From an uncultured Thiosulfatimonas sp. (lineage in GTDB: Bacteria; Pseudomonadota; Gammaproteobacteria; Thiomicrospirales; Thiomicrospiraceae): a stretch of DNA of 51,131 bases. Positions within the stretch are counted from its first letter, which is position 1; every line of letters starts with the position of its first letter. This document shows, piece after piece, positions 30,148 through 38,753 of the stretch. Under the pieces are notes generated by a model. The model was given only the letters and a program-made list of their open reading frames with translations, ran no database searches and had not been told where the DNA came from. A program made the translations under genes and the position numbers. Location: positions 1 to 51,131 of the forward strand of contig CAZNML010000003.1 of NCBI GenBank assembly GCA_964574275.1, written 5' to 3'.

Positions 30148-30780
30148 ATGTCAGTATTGTTTAACGTTAAAGTCATGCGAACAGGCCTGTTGCTTCTGTT
30201 ATTGGGGTTGTTAAGCGCGTGCTCGCAAGCGCCTAAAAAAGCGGCAGCTCCGATCAAACCCAGCGTACAGCAGAGTCAGACGCCGCCTTTGGCTTCTGAT
30301 CTGAGTGCCAAGGATGAATATGAATTTGCGTTGGACTTGGCGCGTTTGGAGCTGAAACGCCAGCGTTATGCTCGTGCCGAGGGGCTGCTGCAAAAGTTGC
30401 GTAAGATTGATCGACAGGATGTGCGTGTCTATCGCTCTCTGGCACAGGTGTATGAAGCGCAGAAAAAATCGCAAATGGCGCTGATCGCCTGGAAACAGGT
30501 GAATAAATCGGCAGATAAAACCATTCGTGACGAAGCGGAGCTGGCCAGACTGGCGCTCATGCATGAGGAGTTTGTTTTGGCAGAACAGATCTACCAGGCC
30601 TGGTTAAAATCGGATTCGGAGTTGCAGCAGGTCAGTGCCTTCAATAATTTGGGTTTCTCGGCGGTTCTGCAAAAACGTTACCCGCAGGCAAAACAGTATT
30701 TCGAACAGGCGCTGGCTTTGGATCCGCTTAATACCAAAGCGCTTAATAACTTAAAACTGGTTAATACCTTAATCGAGTAA
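30148..30780 (+). CDS. tadD: TPR lipoprotein, TadD-like pilotin
   Basis: Lipobox LSAC; TPR NNLG..A..YFEQALALDP; follows tadC. Confidence 0.78.
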   Translation: MSVLFNVKVMRTGLLLLLLGLLSACSQAPKKAAAPIKPSVQQSQTPPLASDLSAKDEYEFALDLARLELKRQRYARAEGLLQKLRKIDRQDVRVYRSLAQVYEAQKKSQMALIAWKQVNKSADKTIRDEAELARLALMHEEFVLAEQIYQAWLKSDSELQQVSAFNNLGFSAVLQKRYPQAKQYFEQALALDPLNTKALNNLKLVNTLIE

Positions 30781-30782
30781 CT

Positions 30783-32165
30783 ATGACAGCAGCGAATATT
30801 TTAAAAAAGCAGCGCGGAGCCATCTCTATTCTAGGGGCGGCGTCGATCGCCTTGTCTCTGTATGGGTTTGATCAGGTTCTGCAGTATGGTAATGCCAAGA
30901 TTTTAGACCGTGAATTGGACAACTATGCCCGCACGGCTGCGCAGGTTGCTTTGCGTTCGGAACTGGCTCTGACCAAAGCGGGGATTGAATCCGGCAGTAT
31001 GGATCCGCAGCAGACCGACAAGATCATCAACAGCTTGCTGGCTCAGGTCGAGATGCATCTGGAAGCGTCGGATGATCATGATGTCAATCTGAAGAAAAAG
31101 ATCACCTTTGGTAACTTTGCCGATGATTCGATCTGTAACTCCTCCGATCCGGAAGTACGCAAAGGCTGTTTTATCCCTCTGAGCAGTGATGCCAGTAATC
31201 CTCGTGCAGCCGAAACACCACCGGACTTTAGTGCGGTGTCGGTGCAGTTATGGAGTACCGACAGCTTCTATACCTTTACCCCGCAGGGGCGGGCGACTTA
31301 TGGCCTGGAGGCTTCAGAGCAAGACAGCGACTCCGGCTGCTACTGTAAGAATCGCTATACCGCCTGCCTGGATATGGATCTGACTACTGCTGAGCTGGCG
31401 CCGATTCCCGCCACTGAAGCCGCAGCCATTGCCGTTAAGGGTTCGGATGCACGCAAAAACTACTGTAACTATGGTTATACCGATACCAGGGTGAGTGATT
31501 TAACAGAGACCAAGTACCCTTGGGCTGAGTTTGATGATGGCTGGATTGGTCGAACACCGGATACGGCGAATCTGTTTATGTTTTTCACCCAGGGTTATGA
31601 CAATGCCAGTTTTTCTAAAGTGTTGGAGCATAAGCCCTTGGCTCTTGAGGATGGTGAGGACCCTTTGTATCAAACAGGGGGCATGTTTGCGGCAATGATG
31701 GGGATGATGGGCGCTTCTGATCTAAGGTTTGGTTATGAGCAGAATCAGTCGACCTACAAGAAAGGTGAAATTACACCGAGTTCAGATGCGAGCGATTTTC
31801 GTTGCAAAAAAAGCTTTGGCCTAGCAAATTGCAGCGACAGTGGCTGGGGGAGTTCAAATTGGAAAACCGTTTTAGATGATAGTTTTTACGTGGGGTATCA
31901 AGCTACCTGTATTCCGGGAACCTCTTCAGCTAATTTGGCTATGTCCCGCTGCTTGGCCTATAACGACGGGGCAACGCCTAGATATGAAAGCTGTCTGGAG
32001 ATCGAGCGCAGAAGCACTATGTCGATGAACTTCTTTGAGCGTATGATGGCGTTTTTTATGGGGCCGATTCTCAACTGGGAGCGCTCCTATGAAGGCCTGA
32101 ACTGCGAAATGAAACAGATGAAATACAAAGGCTGGCTATTCTGGGGCGGCTGGGAAGAGGTTTAA
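30783..32165 (+). CDS. TadG-like pilin-anchored protein with Cys/Met-rich C-terminal region
   Basis: KQRG|AISILGAA prepilin-like N-terminus; ELDNYARTAA Tad-domain-like helix; 12 Cys; last gene of Tad operon. Confidence 0.7.
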   Translation: MTAANILKKQRGAISILGAASIALSLYGFDQVLQYGNAKILDRELDNYARTAAQVALRSELALTKAGIESGSMDPQQTDKIINSLLAQVEMHLEASDDHDVNLKKKITFGNFADDSICNSSDPEVRKGCFIPLSSDASNPRAAETPPDFSAVSVQLWSTDSFYTFTPQGRATYGLEASEQDSDSGCYCKNRYTACLDMDLTTAELAPIPATEAAAIAVKGSDARKNYCNYGYTDTRVSDLTETKYPWAEFDDGWIGRTPDTANLFMFFTQGYDNASFSKVLEHKPLALEDGEDPLYQTGGMFAAMMGMMGASDLRFGYEQNQSTYKKGEITPSSDASDFRCKKSFGLANCSDSGWGSSNWKTVLDDSFYVGYQATCIPGTSSANLAMSRCLAYNDGATPRYESCLEIERRSTMSMNFFERMMAFFMGPILNWERSYEGLNCEMKQMKYKGWLFWGGWEEV

Positions 32166-32223
32166 AATATATCATCAGGCCTGCTGAATGGAATGAGTAA
32201 TTTTTTCGATTTCAATTTCTGAC

Positions 32224-32258
32224 TGGACATTATCGCTTTTAATGTCTATAATCCGCCA
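32224..32258 (+). promoter_or_regulatory. Sigma70 stable-RNA promoter
   Basis: TGGACA(32224-32229)-17 bp-TATAAT(32247-32252) followed by GC-rich discriminator CCGCCA, just upstream of tRNA-Ser. Confidence 0.8.
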
Positions 32259-32265
32259 TTCCTTA

Positions 32266-32355
32266 GGAGAGCTGTCTGAGCGGCTGAAGGAGCTCGCCTG
32301 GAAAGCGGGTATAGGGTTAAACCTATCGGGGGTTCGAATCCCCCGCTCTCCGCCA
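32266..32355 (+). tRNA. tRNA-Ser(GGA)
   Basis: GGAGAGC/GCTCTCC acceptor stem, anticodon loop CT-GGA-AA, long variable arm, GGTTCGAATCC, GCCA end. Confidence 0.97.
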
Positions 32356-32359
32356 TAAA

Positions 32360-32434
32360 GCGGGTATCGTATATTGGCTATTACCTCGGCCTTCCAAGCC
32401 GATGAGAAGGGTTCGATTCCCTTTACCCGCTCCA
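32360..32434 (+). tRNA. tRNA-Gly(TCC)
   Basis: GCGGGTA/TACCCGC acceptor stem, TCGGC-CT-TCC-AA-GCCGA anticodon arm, GGTTCGATTCC, TCCA end. Confidence 0.97.
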
Positions 32435-32440
32435 TATTAT

Positions 32441-32550
32441 GGTGACTCTATTCGTCCCCTCGCGACGCTAAGTTGGGAACTCCGCCAGGTCCGGAAGGAA
32501 GCAACGGTACCTTCTGATGCGTGCGCCGAGGTAAGGCGGGTAGGGTTGCC
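32441..32550 (+). ncRNA. ffs: Signal recognition particle 4.5S RNA
   Basis: Conserved CAGGTCCGGAAGGAAGCA helix-8 motif; terminal pairing GGTGACTCTA/TAGGGTTGCC; upstream of dnaX. Confidence 0.95.
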
Positions 32551-32705
32551 ACCATTTTCTGTTTTTACTCCCTGTTTGTTGTTTTATAGATCTGTTAAAT
32601 GCACTCGCATTTTTCGCTTTTTTATTCTCAATTCACGTTAAAATAATCACTTCTATATTTGATTTAGACTCTTTTTTTGCTGCATTGACGGATAGATAAA
32701 ATCTC

Positions 32706-34994
32706 ATGAGTTATACCGTATTAGCCCGTAAGTGGCGCCCTAAAAACTTTGCCGAATTAGTCGGTCAGTCTCATGTGATGCAGGCCTTGTCAAATGCCCT
32801 GGATCAGAACCGTCTGCACCACGCTTATCTGTTTACCGGAACGCGCGGGGTGGGGAAGACCACCATTGCGCGTATCTTCTCTAAGGCGTTGAACTGTCAG
32901 CAGGGTATCTCGTCCACTCCGTGTGGCGTGTGTGAGACCTGCCGTGCGATTGACGAGGGGCGTTTTATTGACCTGATTGAGGTCGATGCCGCTTCGCGTA
33001 CCAAAGTGGATGATACCCGCGAGATTCTGGATAATGTGCAGTTTGCGCCGACTCAGGGGCGTTACAAGGTCTATCTGATCGATGAGGTGCATATGCTCTC
33101 CAAAAGCAGCTTTAATGCGCTGCTAAAAACCCTGGAGGAGCCGCCGGAGCATGTTAAGTTTCTATTAGCCACTACCGATCCGCATAAGTTGCCGATTACA
33201 GTGCTGTCGCGCTGTCTGCAGTTTAATTTGATGCGTCTGACGCAGACCCAGATTCAAGGGCATCTGGAACATATTTTGCAGCAAGAGGCGATTCCGTTTG
33301 AGTCCAGCGCTCTGGCACTGATTGCCAAAAGTGCCGACGGTTCGGCGCGTGATGCTTTGAGTCTATTGGATCAGGCGATTGCTTATGGTGCCGGCGAGAT
33401 CCATTTTGAACCGGTGCAGACCATGTTGGGCTTGGTGGATCAGCAGTATACCGTGGCTATTTTGGAGGCACTGGCTGCAGACTCGCCCGAGCAGATTAAA
33501 AGCTTGATTCAGCAGCTGGCGGCCATGGGGGTGGACTATGCCGCGCTGCTGGCGCAGCTAATCGAAACCCTGCATGCGCTCTCCTATAACCAGGTATTAG
33601 GCGGGATGAGTGAGTCCTCGCTATTGCCGGAGGAGGTGATCGCCTCTTTAAGTCACGCTTTACCGGCCGAGCGCGTGCAGCTGCTCTATCAGGTTGCGCT
33701 GTTGGCAAAACAGGATATGCAGTTAGCCCCGGATATCCGCATCGGTTTTGAGATGGCACTGATGCGTATGCTGGCATTTCAGCCGGCTGACACAGTCACT
33801 TCTAGCGAGACGCCGGCACCGACTCAGACTGCCGTGAGTCGCCCGTCTACGCAAGCGGCGACTTCTGCGCTACAAGCGGTTGCCAGCTCGGCGCCAGAAC
33901 CGCAGTTGCAGGAGCAGGATCCACAAACGGTACTGGCGGGTCTGTCTTCAGCCAGAGCCCTAATGGCTAAGGCGGCGCCACAGCCGGAAGCACCTGCATC
34001 AAAACAGAGTGAGCAGCCTCCAGCCTCTGAAAATATAGCCTCTGTGCAGACGCCACCAAGCGAGCCGCCTTCGATGGCCGCAGCGACAGCAGAACAGATT
34101 GAGCCTGTTGTGGCACCCGCTGCTGCACCACTGATGGAGGATGCGCCGCCGTGGGATATCGGAGAAGCGGTCACGCAGCCACAGCAGTCACAGCCGAGCC
34201 CTCAAGCTGCAGCAGAGCAAGCAGTGAGTTCCGCGCCAGTGCAGAGTGCCGGGGATCACCTGTCACAGATTAAACAGAGGTTGAAACAGCCGCTGGGAAA
34301 GCAGCCGGAGAGGGTTGAGTCAGCTCAATCTGAGGCGTTTTCGGCCAATCAGCAGATGCAACCTGCGGTGCAGAGTGCTGAGAAAATTGAAGTAGTCTCT
34401 GCGCCGCAGAGCGTGGTTGAACCTGTTTCAACCACAGCGCTATCTCCGAGCGTGGCGGAGCGTTTGCAGATGAGCTCACAGCCTGAAGCGTCTGTTGAAG
34501 CGCCGCAAGTTCAGGGTAATGTGGCTCTAGAGGTCGACAAAGCCATTGAAGAAAACAGCTGGCACAACCCGGCAGAGCAGCCGCAATCGTGGGAGTATGT
34601 CGCGCTGACGGATGATAACCGTTTGCAGGTTTGGCTGTCGGCACTGGAAAAAATCAGACCGGAGGGGATGGCTGCCGAGTTGACCAGGCAGAGTGTATTG
34701 GTTGATTACTCGCCGGAAGTCTGGCGTTTGAGCGTTGACCCGCAGCAGGCCTATGCTAAAAGTGATATGGCCGTATTGCGCCTTAAAGAGGTGTTGCAAC
34801 AGTTTTTAGGCTCACAGGTTCAGTTAGAGTTTGTAGAGTTTCATTGTCATGATACGCCGCTTAAATATGAACAGCAGGTGGCGGCCGATAAACAGGCTCA
34901 GGCAGAAGCGTCTATTCAAAGCGATCCGTTGGTCAACCAACTGAAGAGCGAGTTGGGTTTTGAGGTGATTCAAAGCAGTATCAGCCCGCTATAG
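32706..34994 (+). CDS. dnaX: DNA polymerase III subunit gamma/tau
   Basis: SYTVLARKWRP, GTRGVGKTT, Zn-Cys motif, IDEVHMLS, SRC; long P/A/Q/S linker. Confidence 0.98.
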   Translation: MSYTVLARKWRPKNFAELVGQSHVMQALSNALDQNRLHHAYLFTGTRGVGKTTIARIFSKALNCQQGISSTPCGVCETCRAIDEGRFIDLIEVDAASRTKVDDTREILDNVQFAPTQGRYKVYLIDEVHMLSKSSFNALLKTLEEPPEHVKFLLATTDPHKLPITVLSRCLQFNLMRLTQTQIQGHLEHILQQEAIPFESSALALIAKSADGSARDALSLLDQAIAYGAGEIHFEPVQTMLGLVDQQYTVAILEALAADSPEQIKSLIQQLAAMGVDYAALLAQLIETLHALSYNQVLGGMSESSLLPEEVIASLSHALPAERVQLLYQVALLAKQDMQLAPDIRIGFEMALMRMLAFQPADTVTSSETPAPTQTAVSRPSTQAATSALQAVASSAPEPQLQEQDPQTVLAGLSSARALMAKAAPQPEAPASKQSEQPPASENIASVQTPPSEPPSMAAATAEQIEPVVAPAAAPLMEDAPPWDIGEAVTQPQQSQPSPQAAAEQAVSSAPVQSAGDHLSQIKQRLKQPLGKQPERVESAQSEAFSANQQMQPAVQSAEKIEVVSAPQSVVEPVSTTALSPSVAERLQMSSQPEASVEAPQVQGNVALEVDKAIEENSWHNPAEQPQSWEYVALTDDNRLQVWLSALEKIRPEGMAAELTRQSVLVDYSPEVWRLSVDPQQAYAKSDMAVLRLKEVLQQFLGSQVQLEFVEFHCHDTPLKYEQQVAADKQAQAEASIQSDPLVNQLKSELGFEVIQSSISPL

Positions 34995-35059
34995 AGTCGT
35001 GTTTAAAAAAGAATAATTAAATTTCAATTTTATAAGTATTAAGTTTTAAAGGAAAAGTT

Positions 35060-35389
35060 ATGTTTGGTGGAAAAGGTGGAATCGGTAATCTAATGAAACA
35101 GGCGCAAGAGATGCAGAAAAACATGCAGGATGCGCAGGAACAGATTGCTAAAATGGAAGTAACCGGTGAAGCGGGCGGCGGCATGGTTAAGGTCTCTATG
35201 ACTGGTAAGCATGAGCTGGTCAAAGTTGAAATCGACGACAGTCTGATGGATGACAAGGAGATGCTGGAAGACCTGTTTGCCGCAGCGGTTAACAGTGCGG
35301 TGCGTCGTGTTGAAGAGGTCACACAAGAAAAAATGGGTGGTTTGACCGATGGCATGAACCTGCCTGCTGGAATGAAAATGCCGTTTTAA
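35060..35389 (+). CDS. ybaB: YbaB/EbfC nucleoid-associated protein
   Basis: [29 protein letters not shown]; dnaX-ybaB-recR synteny. Confidence 0.96.
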   Translation: MFGGKGGIGNLMKQAQEMQKNMQDAQEQIAKMEVTGEAGGGMVKVSMTGKHELVKVEIDDSLMDDKEMLEDLFAAAVNSAVRRVEEVTQEKMGGLTDGMNLPAGMKMPF

Positions 35390-35405
35390 GCAGGCCTGCT
35401 TAAAA
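35384..35405. repeat. 22-bp perfect palindrome TTTTAAGCAGGCCTGCTTAAAA (CAGGCCTG family)
   Basis: Direct reading; overlaps the ybaB stop codon. Confidence 0.9.
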
Positions 35406-35423
35406 TAGTATTCAGTTTAATTT

Positions 35424-36017
35424 ATGTTTAGCCCACTTATCTCTGAATTGATCGAATCCTTCCGGGTTCTGCCGGGCGTTGGGCCCAAGTCCGCACAACG
35501 CATGGCCTACTATCTACTCGAGCAAAACCGTTCAGGCGGTCAGCAGCTCGCTCACATTTTAGAGCAGGCCTTGGATAAGGTGACGCACTGTGAACAGTGC
35601 CGCAACCTGTCTGAGGAGCCTGTCTGCTCTATTTGTGCTTCCAGTTCTCGCCACGACAGTGAGTTATGTATTGTCGAATCTCCCTCTGATGTGATTGCCA
35701 TAGAGCAGTCCGGTATTTATCGTGGCAAATATTTTGTTTTAATGGGGCATTTATCCCCCATTGATGGTATTGGTCCGCAGGAGATAGGTTTAGACCTACT
35801 TGAGGCTCGATTATCGGAACCGGGGGTGGTAGAATTAATTATCGCTACCAATCCAACCGTTGAAGGTGAGGCGACTGCGCACTATATTCAGCAGATGGCT
35901 CAGGGGCGTGACATTAAAGTAACGCGCTTAGCGCAAGGTATCCCAATTGGAGGGGAACTTGAGTATATTGACTCAGGTACTTTGTCACAAGCGTTCATCT
36001 CTCGAAAAGAGGTTTAG
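35424..36017 (+). CDS. recR: Recombination mediator RecR
   Basis: [12 protein letters not shown]4 zinc finger, Toprim [12 protein letters not shown]. Confidence 0.98.
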   Translation: MFSPLISELIESFRVLPGVGPKSAQRMAYYLLEQNRSGGQQLAHILEQALDKVTHCEQCRNLSEEPVCSICASSSRHDSELCIVESPSDVIAIEQSGIYRGKYFVLMGHLSPIDGIGPQEIGLDLLEARLSEPGVVELIIATNPTVEGEATAHYIQQMAQGRDIKVTRLAQGIPIGGELEYIDSGTLSQAFISRKEV

Positions 36018-36021
36018 ACTG

Positions 36022-37860
36022 ATGGTTAAGATGATTAAGTGGGTAGGGTTTCTCAGTTTAGCACTGCTGGCAGGCTGCGGTGGCAGTGCAGGCAATACAG
36101 GTGCGGCTGAGGCACAATTTAATGAACCGGGTATTAACCTCTCAATGAGTGCTTCCTCAACGGGCGAGGTGAAAACATCAATTCCAGCTAATGATGATGC
36201 AAAAATCAATATTGTCTTTTTGGATGATGGCAGTCTGCCGCTGGATAATGAGATTATCTCACTGACAGCGACCTCCGGCACCCTGTCTCAGGCTTCTGTT
36301 TTAACCAATAATACCGGGCGTGCCAGCGTTACTATCTATGCACCGGATGATCTGAGCTCCGGTTCTGCTCCTGGTGTCTTAACCGCAGTGGCCGGTGAAG
36401 TTTCGGCCACCTTGAATTATGAATTTGTCGCCACGGCGAGCAGTGATGGGGCCAACAGCTCCTCGGCGGGCTCTATTGAGTTTATCAATGCAGCACCAAC
36501 CTTTATGTCTATGAAGGGCACCGGCGGCCAGGGTTATGGCGAAACTTCGCAGGTGACCTTTAAGGTAGTGGATATTACTGGTGCCCCTATCGAGGGTGCG
36601 ACCATTAATTTCACCGTGAGTACCACCGTCGGTGGGCTTTCACTGTCGCCTGCCAGCGCAAGCACCAATGCCTCCGGTTTGGTGACCACCACCGTTCAAG
36701 CCGGAACCATCTCCACCCCGGTTCGAGTCGGCGCTTCAGTGACGCTGTCTGATGGGGAACTGATCTATGTGCAGTCCGATCTATTAACGGTGACCACCGG
36801 TATTCCAGATCAAAACAGTTTTAGTCTGTCGATGGATAAGTTTGCGCCAGAGGGCTGGAATTACGATGGGCAAGAGGTTGTTGTTACCGCCCGTTTAGGT
36901 GATCGTTTCAATAACCCGGTGCCGGATGGAACTGTGGTGAACTTTACCACTGAAGGCGGAAGTATTGAGAGCAGCTGCACCACAACTGACAGTTCTTGTA
37001 CAGTGACCTGGACCAGCCAGAATCCGCGTCCGGATGATCATCGATCTACGGTATTGGCTTATGCCATCGGGCATGAAACCTTCTATGACTTTAATGCCAA
37101 TGGCGTGTTTGATAATGGGGATGAGTTTGATGATCTGGGTGAGGCATTCCGCGATGATGATGAAACCGGAACCTACAATCCAGGTTCCGGCAATGGTTTC
37201 AGTCAAGATGAGAAGCTAATTGACTACGATGAGAATGGATTATTTACGGCGGCAGATGGCGACTATAACGGTGTGCCTTGTGATCACACCACCCAGTGTC
37301 CAACCGATGCCAATAATATTGCCGACCGCTCCAACTTTTTAACCAATGTGCGTCAAAGTGCGGTCATTATTATGGCAACCAGTGCGGCCAATATTGAGAT
37401 GTACGAGCTGTTAGGTGCCAATACCAGTTGTTTAAATGCTTCGGGTAAACTGGTGGTTGACGATGTGGTGTGTCGTGACGTGACCGATTTTGCCGTTGAC
37501 CTGGATCAGAAAACCATCTGGGTTTTGGTTGAAGATACCGCGGCTCTCTGTCTGGATGCGGTGGATGGTGACCGTGTGGCAGGTGTTGTCGATCCGGATG
37601 CCGCAGCTTGTACTGTAGCGGTCAGACAGTCGGCGCCAACAGGGTCTACCATTACCGTATCGAGTGATGTCGGTGAGCTGTCGGATATCCCTTATGAGGG
37701 GGTTCCGAACCAAACAGCGCACCTAGAGTTCACCTTTACTGTGACCTCTGATCCGGCAAATGGTACGGATGAACTGGGTGAGTTAAAAGTGCTGGTGACT
37801 TCTCCGGTTGGGGATGTGGATGTTGCCGATAGTGCTAATATTACCGATCCGGCCTCTTAA
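36022..37860 (+). CDS. Surface lipoprotein with Ig-like (Big_1/invasin-type) domains and Ca-binding-like acidic loops
   Basis: ATG 36022 after AGAGG; lipobox LAGC; Ig-like motifs (TNNTGRASVT, GAPIEGATINF, NPVPDGTVVNFTTEGG); DxNxNG/DxDxNG loops. Confidence 0.75.
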   Translation: MVKMIKWVGFLSLALLAGCGGSAGNTGAAEAQFNEPGINLSMSASSTGEVKTSIPANDDAKINIVFLDDGSLPLDNEIISLTATSGTLSQASVLTNNTGRASVTIYAPDDLSSGSAPGVLTAVAGEVSATLNYEFVATASSDGANSSSAGSIEFINAAPTFMSMKGTGGQGYGETSQVTFKVVDITGAPIEGATINFTVSTTVGGLSLSPASASTNASGLVTTTVQAGTISTPVRVGASVTLSDGELIYVQSDLLTVTTGIPDQNSFSLSMDKFAPEGWNYDGQEVVVTARLGDRFNNPVPDGTVVNFTTEGGSIESSCTTTDSSCTVTWTSQNPRPDDHRSTVLAYAIGHETFYDFNANGVFDNGDEFDDLGEAFRDDDETGTYNPGSGNGFSQDEKLIDYDENGLFTAADGDYNGVPCDHTTQCPTDANNIADRSNFLTNVRQSAVIIMATSAANIEMYELLGANTSCLNASGKLVVDDVVCRDVTDFAVDLDQKTIWVLVEDTAALCLDAVDGDRVAGVVDPDAAACTVAVRQSAPTGSTITVSSDVGELSDIPYEGVPNQTAHLEFTFTVTSDPANGTDELGELKVLVTSPVGDVDVADSANITDPAS

Positions 37861-37878
37861 TAGAGCTAATTTAGCAGA

Positions 37879-37913
37879 CATAAAAAATCCCGCTTTATGC
37901 GGGATTTTTTATG
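37879..37913. terminator. Bidirectional intrinsic terminator between convergent genes
   Basis: CATAAAAAATCCCGC-TTTAT-GCGGGATTTTTTATG. Confidence 0.92.
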
Positions 37914-37925
37914 GGTAAAGAAAAG

Positions 37926-38573
37926 TTAGATCTCACTGATCAGGAAGGTGACTCGGCGGTTTTGTCGTTTGCCCTCTGGTGAGTTATTGCTGGCAATCGG
38001 GCGCTCCTCTCCGTAACCGTAGGTCTGGATACGGTTACTGTCGATGCCGTTTTTCATCAGGTGCAAGGCGACGCCTTTCGCACGGTTTTCAGACAGCTGT
38101 TGGTTATAGGCATTGGAGCCGTCAGAGTCGGTATGTCCCTCAATGTGAACGCGCGTATTGGTATGGCGGTTCATCGCTTTAACGACCGGTGATAGACGGC
38201 TCAACTCATATGGGTCAAGTTGTGCCGAGCCGGAGCGGAAATTGACGTTCTGTACATTGACCTGAATATACTCCTGATCGCCAATTTTAACCGCCTCTAC
38301 GGTGGTGTTTGGGTCATTGCGGGTGTCAGCATTGACCTCATCATAGATATGGCGTGCAGTGACCCCGGAGATCACACCGACGACCGCTTTACCGGCGTTA
38401 TCGTCCATCCCCAGCGCGTTGGCCGCCAGAGCACCACCAATGGCTGCCATTGCAGTAATGACATTTTTCTCTTCCGCTCTCTCTGAAGCGGTTTTATTCG
38501 GGCTTGATGAGCAACCGGAGAGGGTGGCTAGTGCTGTTGTGGTAATGACCGCTGCAATCAGTTTCTTGTTCAT
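37926..38573 (-). CDS. OmpA-family peptidoglycan-binding lipoprotein (YiaD-like)
   Basis: Lipobox LSGC; IEGHTDSDGS..YNQQLSENRA; GYGEERPIA; NRRV. Confidence 0.92.
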   Translation of the reverse strand: MNKKLIAAVITTTALATLSGCSSSPNKTASERAEEKNVITAMAAIGGALAANALGMDDNAGKAVVGVISGVTARHIYDEVNADTRNDPNTTVEAVKIGDQEYIQVNVQNVNFRSGSAQLDPYELSRLSPVVKAMNRHTNTRVHIEGHTDSDGSNAYNQQLSENRAKGVALHLMKNGIDSNRIQTYGYGEERPIASNNSPEGKRQNRRVTFLISEI

Positions 38574-38717
38574 CGCTATTCTCCTAAGTATTGAGTAGGC
38601 ATTCGATTAAATATAAGTCTATAAGCTATTTATAACCATTCCGCTTAATTATTCAAGTGATAACACGACACTCAACGCTATCTACAGGGTTTGCCAAGTG
38701 TGTTGAAAAGTTTGTGA

Positions 38718-38741
38718 AATCTGAACAGGCCTGATCAGATT
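38718..38741. repeat. 24-bp near-perfect palindrome AATCTGAACAGGCCTGATCAGATT (CAGGCCTG family)
   Basis: Direct reading; one mismatched pair; just downstream of the mgtE stop. Confidence 0.88.
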
Positions 38742-38753
38742 AACAAGTACAGA

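Noticed and set aside
22120-32434. Tad operon as a tRNA-integrated genomic island
   Set aside because: It lies on the 5' side of the tRNAs; no integrase or duplicated tRNA 3' end was seen, and it carries the host CAGGCCTG motif, so it looks long resident
32175-32641. ORFs 32175..32435(-) and 32402..32641(+)
   Set aside because: They overlap the tRNA and SRP RNA genes and are spurious translations
35947-36021. N-terminal extensions in the ORF track (35947, and likewise 10576, 16921, 13210)
   Set aside because: Downstream ATGs have better RBSs and give proper signal peptides or Rossmann starts
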